Source: an uncultured delta proteobacterium
GTDB taxonomy: Bacteria; Desulfobacterota; Zymogenia; Zymogenales; Zymogenaceae
Assembly (NCBI GenBank): GCA_963735595.1
Contig: CAVTLK010000001.1
Span: 416,001 to 480,000, forward strand
Direction: 5' to 3'
DNA length: 64,000 nucleotides
The notes under the pieces are model-generated. The model was not told where the DNA came from, searched no databases, and was given only the letters and a program-made list of their open reading frames with translations. Position numbers and translations under genes: made by a program. How positions within the stretch are numbered: position 1 is the stretch's first letter; each line of letters opens with the position of its first letter. Shown here one piece after another: positions 51,294 to 62,835 of this stretch.

Positions 51294-51512
51294 TCAATGA
51301 CAGCTGCCGCAGTTTTTCGACGTACATCCCCCGCAGCCGTCCCCCGACGACGCGGAGATAAACTTCTCGCCGCTCTTGACCGCACAGACCGACATTTCTT
51401 GTTAACCTGCTGTGGAGGCGCACTTAGGGCAGGAAATCTCGGCACTCCTGGACATTACCAGCTCCTCGAACTCGTTGCCGCATCCCCCGCAGACAAATTC
51501 AAATATCGGCAT
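51294..51512 (-). CDS. FmdB-family zinc-ribbon protein (not in ORF track, frameshifted)
   Basis: Manual translation gives MPIFEFVCGGCGNEFEELV...CPKCAS.../...MSVCAVKSGEKFISASSGDGCGGCTSKNCGSCH*. Confidence 0.8.
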
Positions 51513-51515
51513 ATG

Positions 51516-52099
51516 CTACCTCATCGACCCAGGAGCCGTCGCCCCGTTGAATCCACCAGCCTGCGCGCGCCTGATTCTGCCAGCTGTCGGCAAAGAGGCG
51601 TTCGATCTGCGGTATGGTATCGCCGCCGAGGCCGTTAGCCGACGCGATCTCCTGATAGAGGCGCCTGCGGTCGGCGTTGTCGGCGTCTACCAGTCCCCGA
51701 AGGCTGCCCGATCGCGCCGATATCCAGCCCCCCCTGGTTCCTGATCTCCAGGTACCCACGGTTGGATATCCCGATATTGCCGCCGTTATAGAAGGGCATG
51801 AGCTGCGGGAACCGTCCCTCCATGGTGGAACGAATCGCCCGTATAGCCGGCGTTGAGATATTGATATCGACCTGCGCCCATGCGCTGTCCACCAGCAGGC
51901 CGGCAAGCCTGAACGGAACGGCCAGGCGCCCCTCGGGCTTCGTGTCCGTGGCCGGCTCCGCTCCCTTCTTGTAGACGTCGTCGACGATCTCATCGGCCGC
52001 CTTCCGCACCGCTTCGGCGGGGAAATATATATTAACCGTGACGCATGCCCCGACGAGCAGCATTATCGTCAAGAGCGCGGGAATTACTTTTCTCATCAT
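51516..52099 (-). CDS. YdbL (DUF1318) family lipoprotein with YnbE-like N-terminus, frameshifted
   Basis: Lipobox VGAC followed by VTVNIYFPAEAVRKAADEIV, then NADRRRLYQEIASAN...ARAGWWIQ. Confidence 0.8.
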
Positions 52100-52195
52100 G
52101 GTCAATTCCTCCTGTGGCTCCTCTGTGGCTTTCCTTGGCTCCAGTTTGTTCCTCATAGGACCCGGATTGGCTCATGGTCGGTTCCTTATTCGGAC

Positions 52196-54832
52196 CTACC
52201 TGGTTTCAATCCTGATATCTTCGGTATCCTTTACGTTTATCCGCTCCAGCCGCCGCATCATATCGTCAAAACGGATCAGGTTGTTGGGGTTCTGATTGAT
52301 TACGTTGATGCCGGTAAGGCCGCTGCGCTTGATGAAATACTCGGTGTCGCCTTCGTGAATCATGCCCCTGAGCGTAAAATAGTCGTTCTTGAGCTCGAGG
52401 TGAATGCCGATCCCCGAATAGTTATACTCGTGGACGAATCGGTTAAGGCCCGTGCGGAGCAGCGCCCGAAAACAGGGTCGATCCCGATCCGAGGATCGTC
52501 AGCTTATCGACGAATTCGACGCTGACGCGCTTATCCACTCCCCGTCTATCGACCGTCCTGACATCTAATACAAATCGTCTCCGGCCCCCCGTAGGAGAAA
52601 ATAAGACCGGAGATTCCGCCTTCGGCGATCCCGGTGACCCTGCCCACGTCGATCGTTTGGGTCAGCGCTCCAAGGTCGATATCGGCAAACGTCACGTCAC
52701 ACCCGAGCCTTCGCCCCGCATCAAAGATATCCTGACCCCATATGTTTTCGATGCGTACCGCTCCATTAAATATTTTAGCAGTAAGGGTGCCCGAAGTAAA
52801 CAGCTTTTTTTCCTCGATCCTGACCTCCGCGAGCTCGCCGATGAGCTCCCCCTTCAGAGCGACAAGCTTTTCCTTCGGGAAGATCGCCGCGATATTGATT
52901 CCTTTCACGGCCAGCGACAGGCGCATCGTTCTGTTTTCGTCGAATATGTTTTCCCCCGAGCTCCACCGATCGTTACGGAGCCGCCGGCTGCCGAAACCAC
53001 AACGGTATCCTTCAGGGCAAAGGCGTTTTTCGTAAGCGCCGGTGATAACGTCACCGCACCGATATCGACCCCGCCCAGCATCGCGTGGGAAACGGTTACC
53101 TCTCCGAAGTCACCGGGGATAAGCTCCGGCGTTGCGTCTTTATTCGACCCGTCTGAAAGGTCGAAGGAAAACGGCATAGAAGCCGAAATCCCCTCGACCT
53201 TCGTGGAAATACCGGGGAAATCAAGGGTAGCGCCGACGATATCCAGTCTGCCCGAGACACGCGGCGCCGCAAGGTTTCCCCCTATCCTGCCCGATGAATT
53301 CAGAGAACCGGCGACGGCGCCCGTATAAAGCCAGGCGATGCGGTTCATGAAGTAGTTTCGAAAGAGGATGTCGTAGGCCGCTGCCATGTCGCGGACCTTC
53401 ATGCGGTACGAGAGATCCCCGCTCATACCGGCCCGCCCGGAATCGATATCTCCGAAAATATCCGCCGAGAGGACCGAGGGTATCGATACCTCGCCCGTAA
53501 AGTTCTTGACGCCCCCGTCGTCTTTCAGCCGGCCCGATGCCTTGAGGGAGATCCGGTGCTTTTCGAAATTGACGAAGAGGCCCGAGAGGAGGAGCCCGAA
53601 ATCATGGGCGGTGAGCTCGCCGTTAAAAAAGAATCCCTCCCTGATATCGTCCCTGAACTGAATCCGCGCCGACCCGGTAATACCCTGACCCAGGTAGCCG
53701 GAATCGGGAGACGAAAATCCGGCATTGACGAGATCGACCTCGAGATTGCCGGCAATGCTCCTGTCACCCGCATCGACAGTCCCCATCGTCAGGAGGCTTT
53801 TCGCCCGCCCCGTGATCCCCCAACCGGCAAGGAATTCGGGCATATAGTCCCCGAGGCGGCGGAGGTTCGCAGACGAGAGCATCAGCGAATCCGCCTCCGA
53901 CGTAACCTTCCATTCCCCGTTCTTCTCGACCGCTAAGATTCAGCAATACGTCCCCGAAACCGGGGCACCGAGAGCGCCGCGTCTCTCAGTATAAAGGCGC
54001 CGTCGTTTTCTTTCTCCATCTCGCCCGTGGCCGTGATCCCGTCCAGCATAAGGCCGCGCCCCTCCGCGGCAATCGAGAGGCCGTCGATCGAGATGTCCGT
54101 CGCTTCGACGGTATCACGGTTAAACCGTATGTGCGCCGTAACGTGTTTGCCCGCGAATAGAAAATCTCCGATCCGATACCCCGACTCTCCCATCCTGACC
54201 GCCCCCCGGGCCGAAACGTCCGGATAGGTTCCCGCAACACGCATCCGGCCGTAAAACGGCCCGTCGAGCATCGAGCCCTCGTTTATCCCTTCCGTCCGCG
54301 CCGATCCGGCAATCGTGAGGGACTCGCCCACGATGCCGTGTTCATAGCTCATATCCACGCCCTGGAAGATGTAGCGCCCTGACGTGTCGATCAGGACAAG
54401 CTCGCCGTTTTCGACGGTGATATCCAGCTCCATAATCCTCTGGATGAGACGATCCCCGTCGCCTCCACCTTCCCGTGACACATCCAGAGATATCGAGGGA
54501 TTATGAACGGTGATTTTTTTTATTCTCAGGGGAGTGGTCAGGCCGAGGCCGAACTCCAGTACCGCCGGGCCGGATGAAAAGACGACCGGGCCGGTCACCA
54601 GGTCCATCCCTTCCACGATTACCGCGCCGGGAGAGACCAGCCGTATCCCGGTTAGATACACCCGGTAGCCGACGGTTCGTTCGACGACACGCCCGACCGC
54701 ATCGCCGATCAGTTCGTCTCCGAAATAGTAGTAGAAGACCGATATCGCCGTTAGCGACCCGAAGAAAACGGTCAGGCAGCAGATCCAGATGATCCGGGCG
54801 AGGCGGGTCTTTTTCCATAGCCTCTTGGACAT
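52196..54832 (-). CDS. YdbH/AsmA-like intermembrane (lipid-bridge) protein, multiple frameshifts
   Basis: N-terminal TM anchor, long beta-rich body, IDLGALTQTIDVGRVTG, C-terminal EYNYSGIGIHLELKNDYFTLRG...INVINQNPNNLIRFDDMMRRLERI. Adjacent to ydbL. Confidence 0.7.
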
Positions 54833-55002
54833 GCGCCTTCGTTTCCCTTTTGATCGCCGGTTACGGGTCTTTCAATATCAGGATAAGCCGTGTCCGTCTT
54901 GGTTCGTGTGACGAAAATCACAGCATAGCGGGGACTTCTTTTGTATCATAATAGTATCGAATCATGTACGATAGCGTAATCAACGGCATACGGGGAAAAG
55001 CC

Positions 55003-55266
55003 ATGAAAAAGACGATCATGATTCTTGTGTTTCTTGCCCTTTCCGCGACGTTGCTGGGATGCATCGGGTACGGCGTCATCACCCATGGCGGATACGCGGT
55101 CTACCTAACCGACGGCTCCGAATACCATAACGTCTTGTGGTACAAGAGCAGGACTGAAGGTGTGGCCCTATCGGAGCATCCCACCGGGACGGTCATGTTC
55201 CTGACCCAGGACTACGGCCTTGTTGAGGTGCCATGGGCCAACGTGGTGAAAATCCAGACCGAATAA
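55003..55266 (+). CDS. small lipoprotein
   Basis: MKKTIMILVFLALSATLLGC lipobox. Confidence 0.7.
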   Translation: MKKTIMILVFLALSATLLGCIGYGVITHGGYAVYLTDGSEYHNVLWYKSRTEGVALSEHPTGTVMFLTQDYGLVEVPWANVVKIQTE

Positions 55267-55350
55267 AAGGCTCCGACACCGGACATATGCCATGCCGCCC
55301 TGCTCTGCCCGGCAAACCGGGAAATGACTGCCGGCACCCGGAACGAGGGG

Positions 55351-57090
55351 CTACTTCGCCGCCTGAGTGATGACGCCTGAGACGAACCGACCGTCGAGCG
55401 CGTCTCTATCGGGCACGTGCGTCATTTCGCGGACAAAATCTGCAAGGGTATCGCTGACGAATTTTACGGACGCGCCTCTGATTCTATCGTCGCCGCATTC
55501 GGGCATTCGCCCGACGAATGCCTCAACGTGCCGGATAATCGTACCGGAAATTCCCGGGTTTTCGCGCACCATATCATAAAAACGGCCCAGCTCTTCATCC
55601 GAAAGCGGGACGACCTCCCATTCACCCCCAAGACACCCCCGCACACACGCCGTCATAAAGATATGTTCAAGTCCCCAGCCATGGGTTTTCGCGTTGCCTA
55701 TCAGCCACGGCCTGATATCTTCGGGGATGTTCACGATCTCACGGATGAGATGGACCCGGGCCGAGAGCTCCGTCATGAAGCCCGCGGACGCCGTCAGGTC
55801 GGCGATCGATCTGAAATTTCTATAGCTATGCGCGCCGCCGGAGATCGCCTCATAGAAAAGGGGTTTTCCGGCCAAAAGGCCCTCGACAACACTGCGGGCG
55901 AAATCCCCCCAGAAGACCGGCTCGATGATCGACGAGAGTTCCCTCACGAGAACCTCGTTTCGTTTTCTTTCGGCCAGCGCCAGCGTATAACCCAGCCGAA
56001 ACAGCTCCACCAGATAGACATCCCGGATCGTCTGCTTTGCTTCATCGTAGTGCGCCGCCCCCGTGAGGTACTCCAAACCGAGATTGATATAGTCCCTGGT
56101 CATTTGCGCAGATGATACCAACTCCTCCACGTCAGAAAGGTCCATCCCCGAGGCCGCCACGACCTTATGTACCAGGTACGAAAGCTCCCACAGCAGGTGA
56201 GCGGCGCGGTCGTCGTCGGCCACCTCTCCCATGAGATCCTCGAAGAAACCGCCGGTCTTTCTGGGTATGAGCCAGTAATGGGGGGGGAGTTGGTCGGTCT
56301 GACGGTCGTCAAGGTAAATGACTTTGGACGACATTGAGCGGATCGTTTCGACGATTTTGGCCGGGTCTTCAAACAGGAAGAGATCCCGCGCCTCGCTCAG
56401 CTCCGGAAAGCCGATCATCGACATGCGGGACGATCTGAGCCGGTAGGCGTCTTCTTCCATAGGAGAGGGCAGCTCTCCGATCACCCCTTCCATGATAACG
56501 CGGTAATAGTCGGGCTCGTGCTCAAAAAAACCCATGAGGAGATTTGAGACGAGGTCGAAGTCCAGTTCCTCATCTATCGGCCTGAAATAGTAGAGATTGT
56601 CGAAGCTGAACCATCCGCCGTCGGTAAATTCGAGCGGGTCTTGATCGAGGTTCCTGGGCACTGCCTCGATGATCCCCTTAAAGAAGAGTATCACGAGCGG
56701 CTCATCGAGCATAAAGAGGCTCTTGGTAAGGACCCGCTCCCCGCCTTCCGCAAGAAGCTGGAGCCATTCCATGAACTTGCCGAAGTCTATCCGATCCCGC
56801 TTCCAGATATCCATATCCAGGAGCTGGACGATCTTCTCCGGGGCCGACATTTCGAGAATAATGGCCGCATCCGTGCCCCACGATTCCTTCACCGTAAGAT
56901 ATATCTCCTGCGGAGAGAGCTTTTTCAGGAGCTTGAGCGGATCGGGAGACGAGATTATGAGATTGGCCTTTGTCCTGACGGGCGATCTCTGGATAAGGCG
57001 GAGGCGATCCTCAAACGAGAGGGCCGTAAGTTCGCGCTCCGTCAGGCGCTCGCCGGCGAGCGTCCGATCGAGGAGGTTGTCTAAGGCCAT
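55351..57090 (-). CDS. DUF6178-like conserved hypothetical protein
   Basis: LSPQEIYLTVKE...LLDMDIWKRD...EEDAYRLRSSRMSMIGFP...LFRLGY pattern, recalled from deltaproteobacterial proteins. Confidence 0.7.
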   Translation of the reverse strand: MALDNLLDRTLAGERLTERELTALSFEDRLRLIQRSPVRTKANLIISSPDPLKLLKKLSPQEIYLTVKESWGTDAAIILEMSAPEKIVQLLDMDIWKRDRIDFGKFMEWLQLLAEGGERVLTKSLFMLDEPLVILFFKGIIEAVPRNLDQDPLEFTDGGWFSFDNLYYFRPIDEELDFDLVSNLLMGFFEHEPDYYRVIMEGVIGELPSPMEEDAYRLRSSRMSMIGFPELSEARDLFLFEDPAKIVETIRSMSSKVIYLDDRQTDQLPPHYWLIPRKTGGFFEDLMGEVADDDRAAHLLWELSYLVHKVVAASGMDLSDVEELVSSAQMTRDYINLGLEYLTGAAHYDEAKQTIRDVYLVELFRLGYTLALAERKRNEVLVRELSSIIEPVFWGDFARSVVEGLLAGKPLFYEAISGGAHSYRNFRSIADLTASAGFMTELSARVHLIREIVNIPEDIRPWLIGNAKTHGWGLEHIFMTACVRGCLGGEWEVVPLSDEELGRFYDMVRENPGISGTIIRHVEAFVGRMPECGDDRIRGASVKFVSDTLADFVREMTHVPDRDALDGRFVSGVITQAAK

Positions 57091-57220
57091 AGGCCGGTAT
57101 CAGATCGTTCATTTTTTCAATTATATCAGAGGATTGCGCAAAAGGGAAGTTAATCATTTACTTCTGCGGCAAAATTAAGTAGTATGCAGCGCATCCGCAC
57201 TTCTCATGGTTGACAGCCGC

Positions 57221-58587
57221 ATGAATACCACGAACCGTACGACTCGGGGGAAAGCTCCCCCTTTACCGTAAAGTCCTGTTCGGCGTGGGTGATTCAACCA
57301 ACAGCCTCTTCTTTACCGTCATTGCATTCTTTTACCTTTTCTTCCTCACCGACGTAGCCGGGATCGCGCCGGCGCTTGCCGGATGGGTGCTCTTGGCCGG
57401 GAAGGCGTGGGATGCTGTAACCGACCCGATGATGGGATTCATATCCGACCATACAAAATCTCGATGGGGACGCAGGCGGCCCTACTTCCTGGCCTGTGTT
57501 CCGACGGCGGGCCTCTTTTACCTGATTTGGATTAGCCTACCCCATTCGAGAACCAGACCCTCCTCTTTCTGACCTACGCGGGATTGAATCTCCTCTTTTG
57601 GACCTTCTATACGATGATGGCGATTCCCTACTCCGCGCTGATGCCGGAGCTTTCCCTTGACTACGACGACCGTACATCTCTTGTCTCCGTCCGCATGTCC
57701 TTTTCCATCGTCTTCGGACTCCTGGCCGCCGTCGTTCCCATGGCGATCGTATCCCTGTTTCCCGATCGAAAGACCGGATTTGCCATGATGGCGCTATTCC
57801 TCGGCATGTTCGGCATATTCCCTTACGTTATCAGCTTTTTCGGCACGAAGGAGCGTCCGGAGTTCCAGCAGAAGGCATCGCTGCCGTTCTCTCGCGTCGC
57901 TCAGGGAAACGATGAAGAATCGATCGTACGTAGTCGCAATGGTCGTCTTTCTGTTGAGCTGGGTGTGCGTGGATGTAATCGGCGCGGTCTTTATCTATTT
58001 CATCATCTATTGGATGGGACTAACGGAGAACGATGTGTCGATCCTGTTGGGCATCATCTTTGTTACCGCGGTACTTGTGCTGCCGTTGTGGGTCCTGATC
58101 TCGAAATGGGTCGGCAAGAAGGCGGCTTATGTCATCGGGATGTCGTTCTGGGCCGTCGTCATGAGCCTGGCCTTTTTCCTGCGTCCGGGCGTTAGGAATT
58201 GGTTTCTCTACCTCTTCTGTTTTCTTGCGGGTTTCGGCGTCTCCACGGCCCACGTGCTTCCCTGGTCAATGATTATCGACTGTGTCGACATCGACGAATA
58301 TCGCACCGGCGCGCGCCGGGAGGGAATGTATACCGGCTTTACCCTCTTCGCCCAGAAGCTGGCCTCATCGGTAGCCCTCCTGCTGGTGGGGAGTTTCCTG
58401 GGCTGGGCGGGCTACGTGGCCAATACGGTGCAGAAAGAGAGCGCGCTGATTGCCATCCGGGTGCTCCTCGGCCCCGTTCCCGCCGTTCTGCTTATTCTCT
58501 CGATCTATCGCTGTTCTCCTGTACCCGATTACCAAGGCCGACCACGAGAAAATCAGGGACGAGCTGGACCGAAGGCCGCGGAGATAG
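57221..58587 (+). CDS. MFS transporter, GPH family (several frameshifts)
   Basis: WDAVTDPMMGFISD...WGRRRPY, PYSALMPELSLDYDDRT, DIDEYRTGARREG. Confidence 0.85.
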
Positions 58588-58643
58588 GTATACGGGAGGC
58601 CGACCGCATTACAGTCTCTTTGGCAAATAAAGCGGGGTCATGT

Positions 58644-59024
58644 ATGGTTAACTCGATACTTCTGTATACCGGTTCGATCATTATAGTGACCTGGGGGATC
58701 GCCCACGTTGTCCCGACCAGAGGGGTCGTCGCGGGCTTCGGCAAGCTTTCCCGGGACAACGCCAGGATCATCACGATGGAATGGATCGCCGAGGGGCTGA
58801 CGCTGGTCTTCATCGGGGCGCCTGACGCTCGCCGTCACACTCGTCGCGGGCAGGCGCAATCCCGGCAGCCGATCGTCGTCTATCGCGGGTGCGCGCTGAT
58901 GCTCGCCGCCATGGCGGGACTGACGCTTGCCACCGGCGCCCGGACGAAGATTATCCCCATCAAGGTCTGTCCCATCGTAAAGGCCGCAGTAGCGATCCTT
59001 TTTGTCGTGGGAAGCGCGGGGTAG
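58644..59024 (+). CDS. small membrane protein of unknown function
   Basis: WGIAHVVPTRGVVAGFG...ITMEWIAEG...TGART...KVCP, about 4 TM helices. Confidence 0.65.
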   Translation: MVNSILLYTGSIIIVTWGIAHVVPTRGVVAGFGKLSRDNARIITMEWIAEGLTLVFIGAPDARRHTRRGQAQSRQPIVVYRGCALMLAAMAGLTLATGARTKIIPIKVCPIVKAAVAILFVVGSAG

Positions 59025-59121
59025 ACCGGCTCCGGCGCCGGATCGGCGTCCCGGTCCCGGCCCATGCGGCACGGAACGTCAATTACCTGTCGGCTCCGTC
59101 CGATCCTCATCCGACGGCTGT

Positions 59122-60024
59122 TCAGTGAGTCGCGTGGTGTCTCCCGCTCTCCTCTTGCCGCCATTGCTTTGCCCTGAATTCGGAGAGGATGATCCCCGTA
59201 AGTATCAGCGCGGCCCCGACGTACCCACGGCTCCCGAGCACCTCGCCGCCCCACCAGTAGGCGAAGATCGCCGCGAAGACCGGCTCCATCGTAAAGATGA
59301 CCGCGGCCCTGTGGGGGACGTGTACTGCTGCGCCCAGGTCTGGACGGTGAAGTTGAAGGCGGTCGCGAAGATCGCCAGGAACATGATGGCGACGATCACG
59401 TATCCCGGACAAGCGTGGGGCGCCTCGCCGATCGTTACGGCCGACACCCCCGCCCACGTCGTCATCGCCACCATCTGGGCTATCGCCACGAGGTATACGT
59501 CGTGCTTGACCGCGTACCACCCCGTCAGGATCACGTGGAAGGCCACGCTCACCGCGCATGACGATCACCCAGACGTCTCCCCGGTTGATCGAAAAATCGT
59601 CTCCGACCGTCAGCAGGAAGAGCCCCGCCGCACTGATCACCGCGCCGATCGTGGCGGTCGCGGCGGGCATTTTTCTGAAGAAGATCGCAAGGATAAACGG
59701 GACGAGGATTACGTGCAGCCCCGTGATGAACCCGGCGTTCGAGGCCGACGTATAGTTGAGGCCTATCGTCTGAAGCACAAAGGCGGAAAAGAGGACCGAG
59801 CCCAGGATGAAACCGTCCCGGAAGGAGTGCGAAAGGTAAACCTTCTGAGCCGTCCGGCAAAGAACGGCCAGCAGTATCGCGGTGGCAAGAGAAAAACGCA
59901 GGAAGAGGAACCAGTAGAGGTCAAGCTCCGTGATGGCCGTCTTGACCATAATGAACGACATCCCCCAGAAGAGGCAAATGAGAACGAGCATCAGGTCGGC
60001 TATGACGCCCTTCCTGGTCGTCAT
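59122..60024 (-). CDS. DMT/EamA family transporter (frameshifted internally)
   Basis: FWGMSF, FLRFSLA, GLNYTSASNAGFITGL, AVIFTMEPVFA. Confidence 0.87.
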   Translation of the reverse strand: MTTRKGVIADLMLVLICLFWGMSFIMVKTAITELDLYWFLFLRFSLATAILLAVLCRTAQKVYLSHSFRDGFILGSVLFSAFVLQTIGLNYTSASNAGFITGLHVILVPFILAIFFRKMPAATATIGAVISAAGLFLLTVGDDFSINRGDVWVIVMRGERGLPRDPDGVVRGQARRIPRGDSPDGGDDDVGGGVGRNDRRGAPRLSGIRDRRHHVPGDLRDRLQLHRPDLGAAVHVPHRAAVIFTMEPVFAAIFAYWWGGEVLGSRGYVGAALILTGIILSEFRAKQWRQEESGRHHATH

Positions 60025-60123
60025 GTGAAACCCCGGGCTAAACGGTAAAAGAAAAGGGGCATTTCTCATGCCCCGCGACTGATCGGATTTTCTCGTCTCG
60101 GAATGACCGCTTACGGCCGTCTA

Positions 60124-61385
<1,262 letters not shown>

Positions 61386-61544
61386 GATTATTCTCCTTAT
61401 CGTCCCTAAGGTCCCTATCGTCACGCCGGCATTCTTCGTGGAGTTACCCAATCATCACGCCGGCGTCGGTTATCTCTTCCTGCCGCCGGCCGGCCACGCA
61501 GCGCGTATTACCCCGTTTCGGCGATCGGGTACCGGAATTCATCC

Positions 61545-62714
61545 CTATACGCCGGCCGCCTTCTTGAGCCGCTTGACCATATTGACCGTTTCCCAGGTAA
61601 AGCCGTCTTCATCCCTTCCAAAGTGACCGTAGGCCGCCGTTTGCCGGTACTTCGGCTTGAGCAGGTCGAGCTGTTCGATTATGGCCGCCGGCCGAAAATC
61701 AAACTCCTCCTGAATTATCCGGGCAATCTGATCAGGCGGTATGACGCTGGTACCATCGGTGTTTATCATAAACGAAACCGGCTCGGCCTTTCCAATCGCA
61801 TAGGCGACCTGAACTTCGCACCGCTTTGCAAGTCCCGCCGCCACGACGTTCTTGGCGACATAGCGCGCCATATAGGAACCGGAACGGTCGACCTTGGAAG
61901 GGTCCTTGCCCGAAAAGCACCCGCCCCCGTGGCTTCCTTGCCCTCCGTAGGTATCGACGATGATCTTGCGGCCCGTTACCCCGCAGTCACCCTGGGGCCC
62001 TCCGATGACAAATCGCCCGGTTTCGTTGACGTAATACTTGGTCTTTTTATCCATGAGGCCCTCGGGGATAACCTTCCTGATAACCTCCTCGATGATCGCT
62101 TCCTTGATCGTCTGATACTTGGCGTCGGGATTATGCTGCGCCGCCACGACGACGGCGTCTACCCTCACCGGCTTGTGATCGACATACTGGACCGTCACCT
62201 GGGATTTCCCGTCGGGGCGCAGAAACGGCAGCACTCCCTTCTTCCTGACCTCGGCAAGCCTCCTGCACACCTTGTGCGCATACATGATGCTCATCGGCAT
62301 CAGCTCCGGGGTATCGTCACAGGCATACCCGAACATCAACCCCTGGTCTCCGGCGCCCTGGTCCTTGTGGAGGCCCTGGCCCACCGTTACGCCCTGGGAG
62401 ATATCGGGAGATTGCTTGTCAATGGACGTCAGCACCGCGCACGTCTCCCAGTCAAATCCCATTGAGGCGTCGGTATAGCCTATCTCCTTTATCGTGTTTC
62501 GGACAATCTGCGGCATATCCACCCAGGTACTGGTTGTGATTTCTCCAGCAATGATGGCAAATCCCGTGGATACGAGGGTCTCGCACGCTACCCGTCCTTT
62601 TTTATCTTCGCCGATAATCGCGTCAAGGATTGCATCGGATATCTGATCGGCCACCTTGTCGGGATGGCCTTCCGTCACTGATTCCGACGTGAATAGAAAG
62701 TCGGTCATTGACAT
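61545..62714 (-). CDS. metK: methionine adenosyltransferase
   Basis: [42 protein letters not shown]. Confidence 0.98.
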   Translation of the reverse strand: MSMTDFLFTSESVTEGHPDKVADQISDAILDAIIGEDKKGRVACETLVSTGFAIIAGEITTSTWVDMPQIVRNTIKEIGYTDASMGFDWETCAVLTSIDKQSPDISQGVTVGQGLHKDQGAGDQGLMFGYACDDTPELMPMSIMYAHKVCRRLAEVRKKGVLPFLRPDGKSQVTVQYVDHKPVRVDAVVVAAQHNPDAKYQTIKEAIIEEVIRKVIPEGLMDKKTKYYVNETGRFVIGGPQGDCGVTGRKIIVDTYGGQGSHGGGCFSGKDPSKVDRSGSYMARYVAKNVVAAGLAKRCEVQVAYAIGKAEPVSFMINTDGTSVIPPDQIARIIQEEFDFRPAAIIEQLDLLKPKYRQTAAYGHFGRDEDGFTWETVNMVKRLKKAAGV

Positions 62715-62784
62715 AATGGGCACCTCCAGTCTGAATCGGTTCCTCGAGTATGGGAAATCCGATAGTTGTTCTTTTTAACTCTTT

Positions 62785-62813
62785 TTTATATCTTTCAATT
62801 AATCGAAAGTCAA
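62785..62813 (-). promoter_or_regulatory. sigma70 promoter of metK-ahcY with an imperfect palindrome in the spacer
   Basis: TTGACT-N17-TATAAA, CTTTC-aattaatc-GAAAG at 62792-62809. Confidence 0.55.
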
Positions 62814-62835
62814 GGGAATTTAGGTAACAAGCGCC

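Noticed and set aside
57912..59024. Apparent fusion of the MFS transporter to the downstream membrane protein
   Set aside because: This is an artefact of a frameshift near 58510. The corrected MFS ends YPITKADHEKIRDELDRRPRR* at 58587.
61386..61544. SAH riboswitch upstream of ahcY
   Set aside because: Only GCGCTGCG matches. The GAGGAGCG and CAGGCTC elements are absent, leaving just a short GCCGGCGTGA direct repeat.
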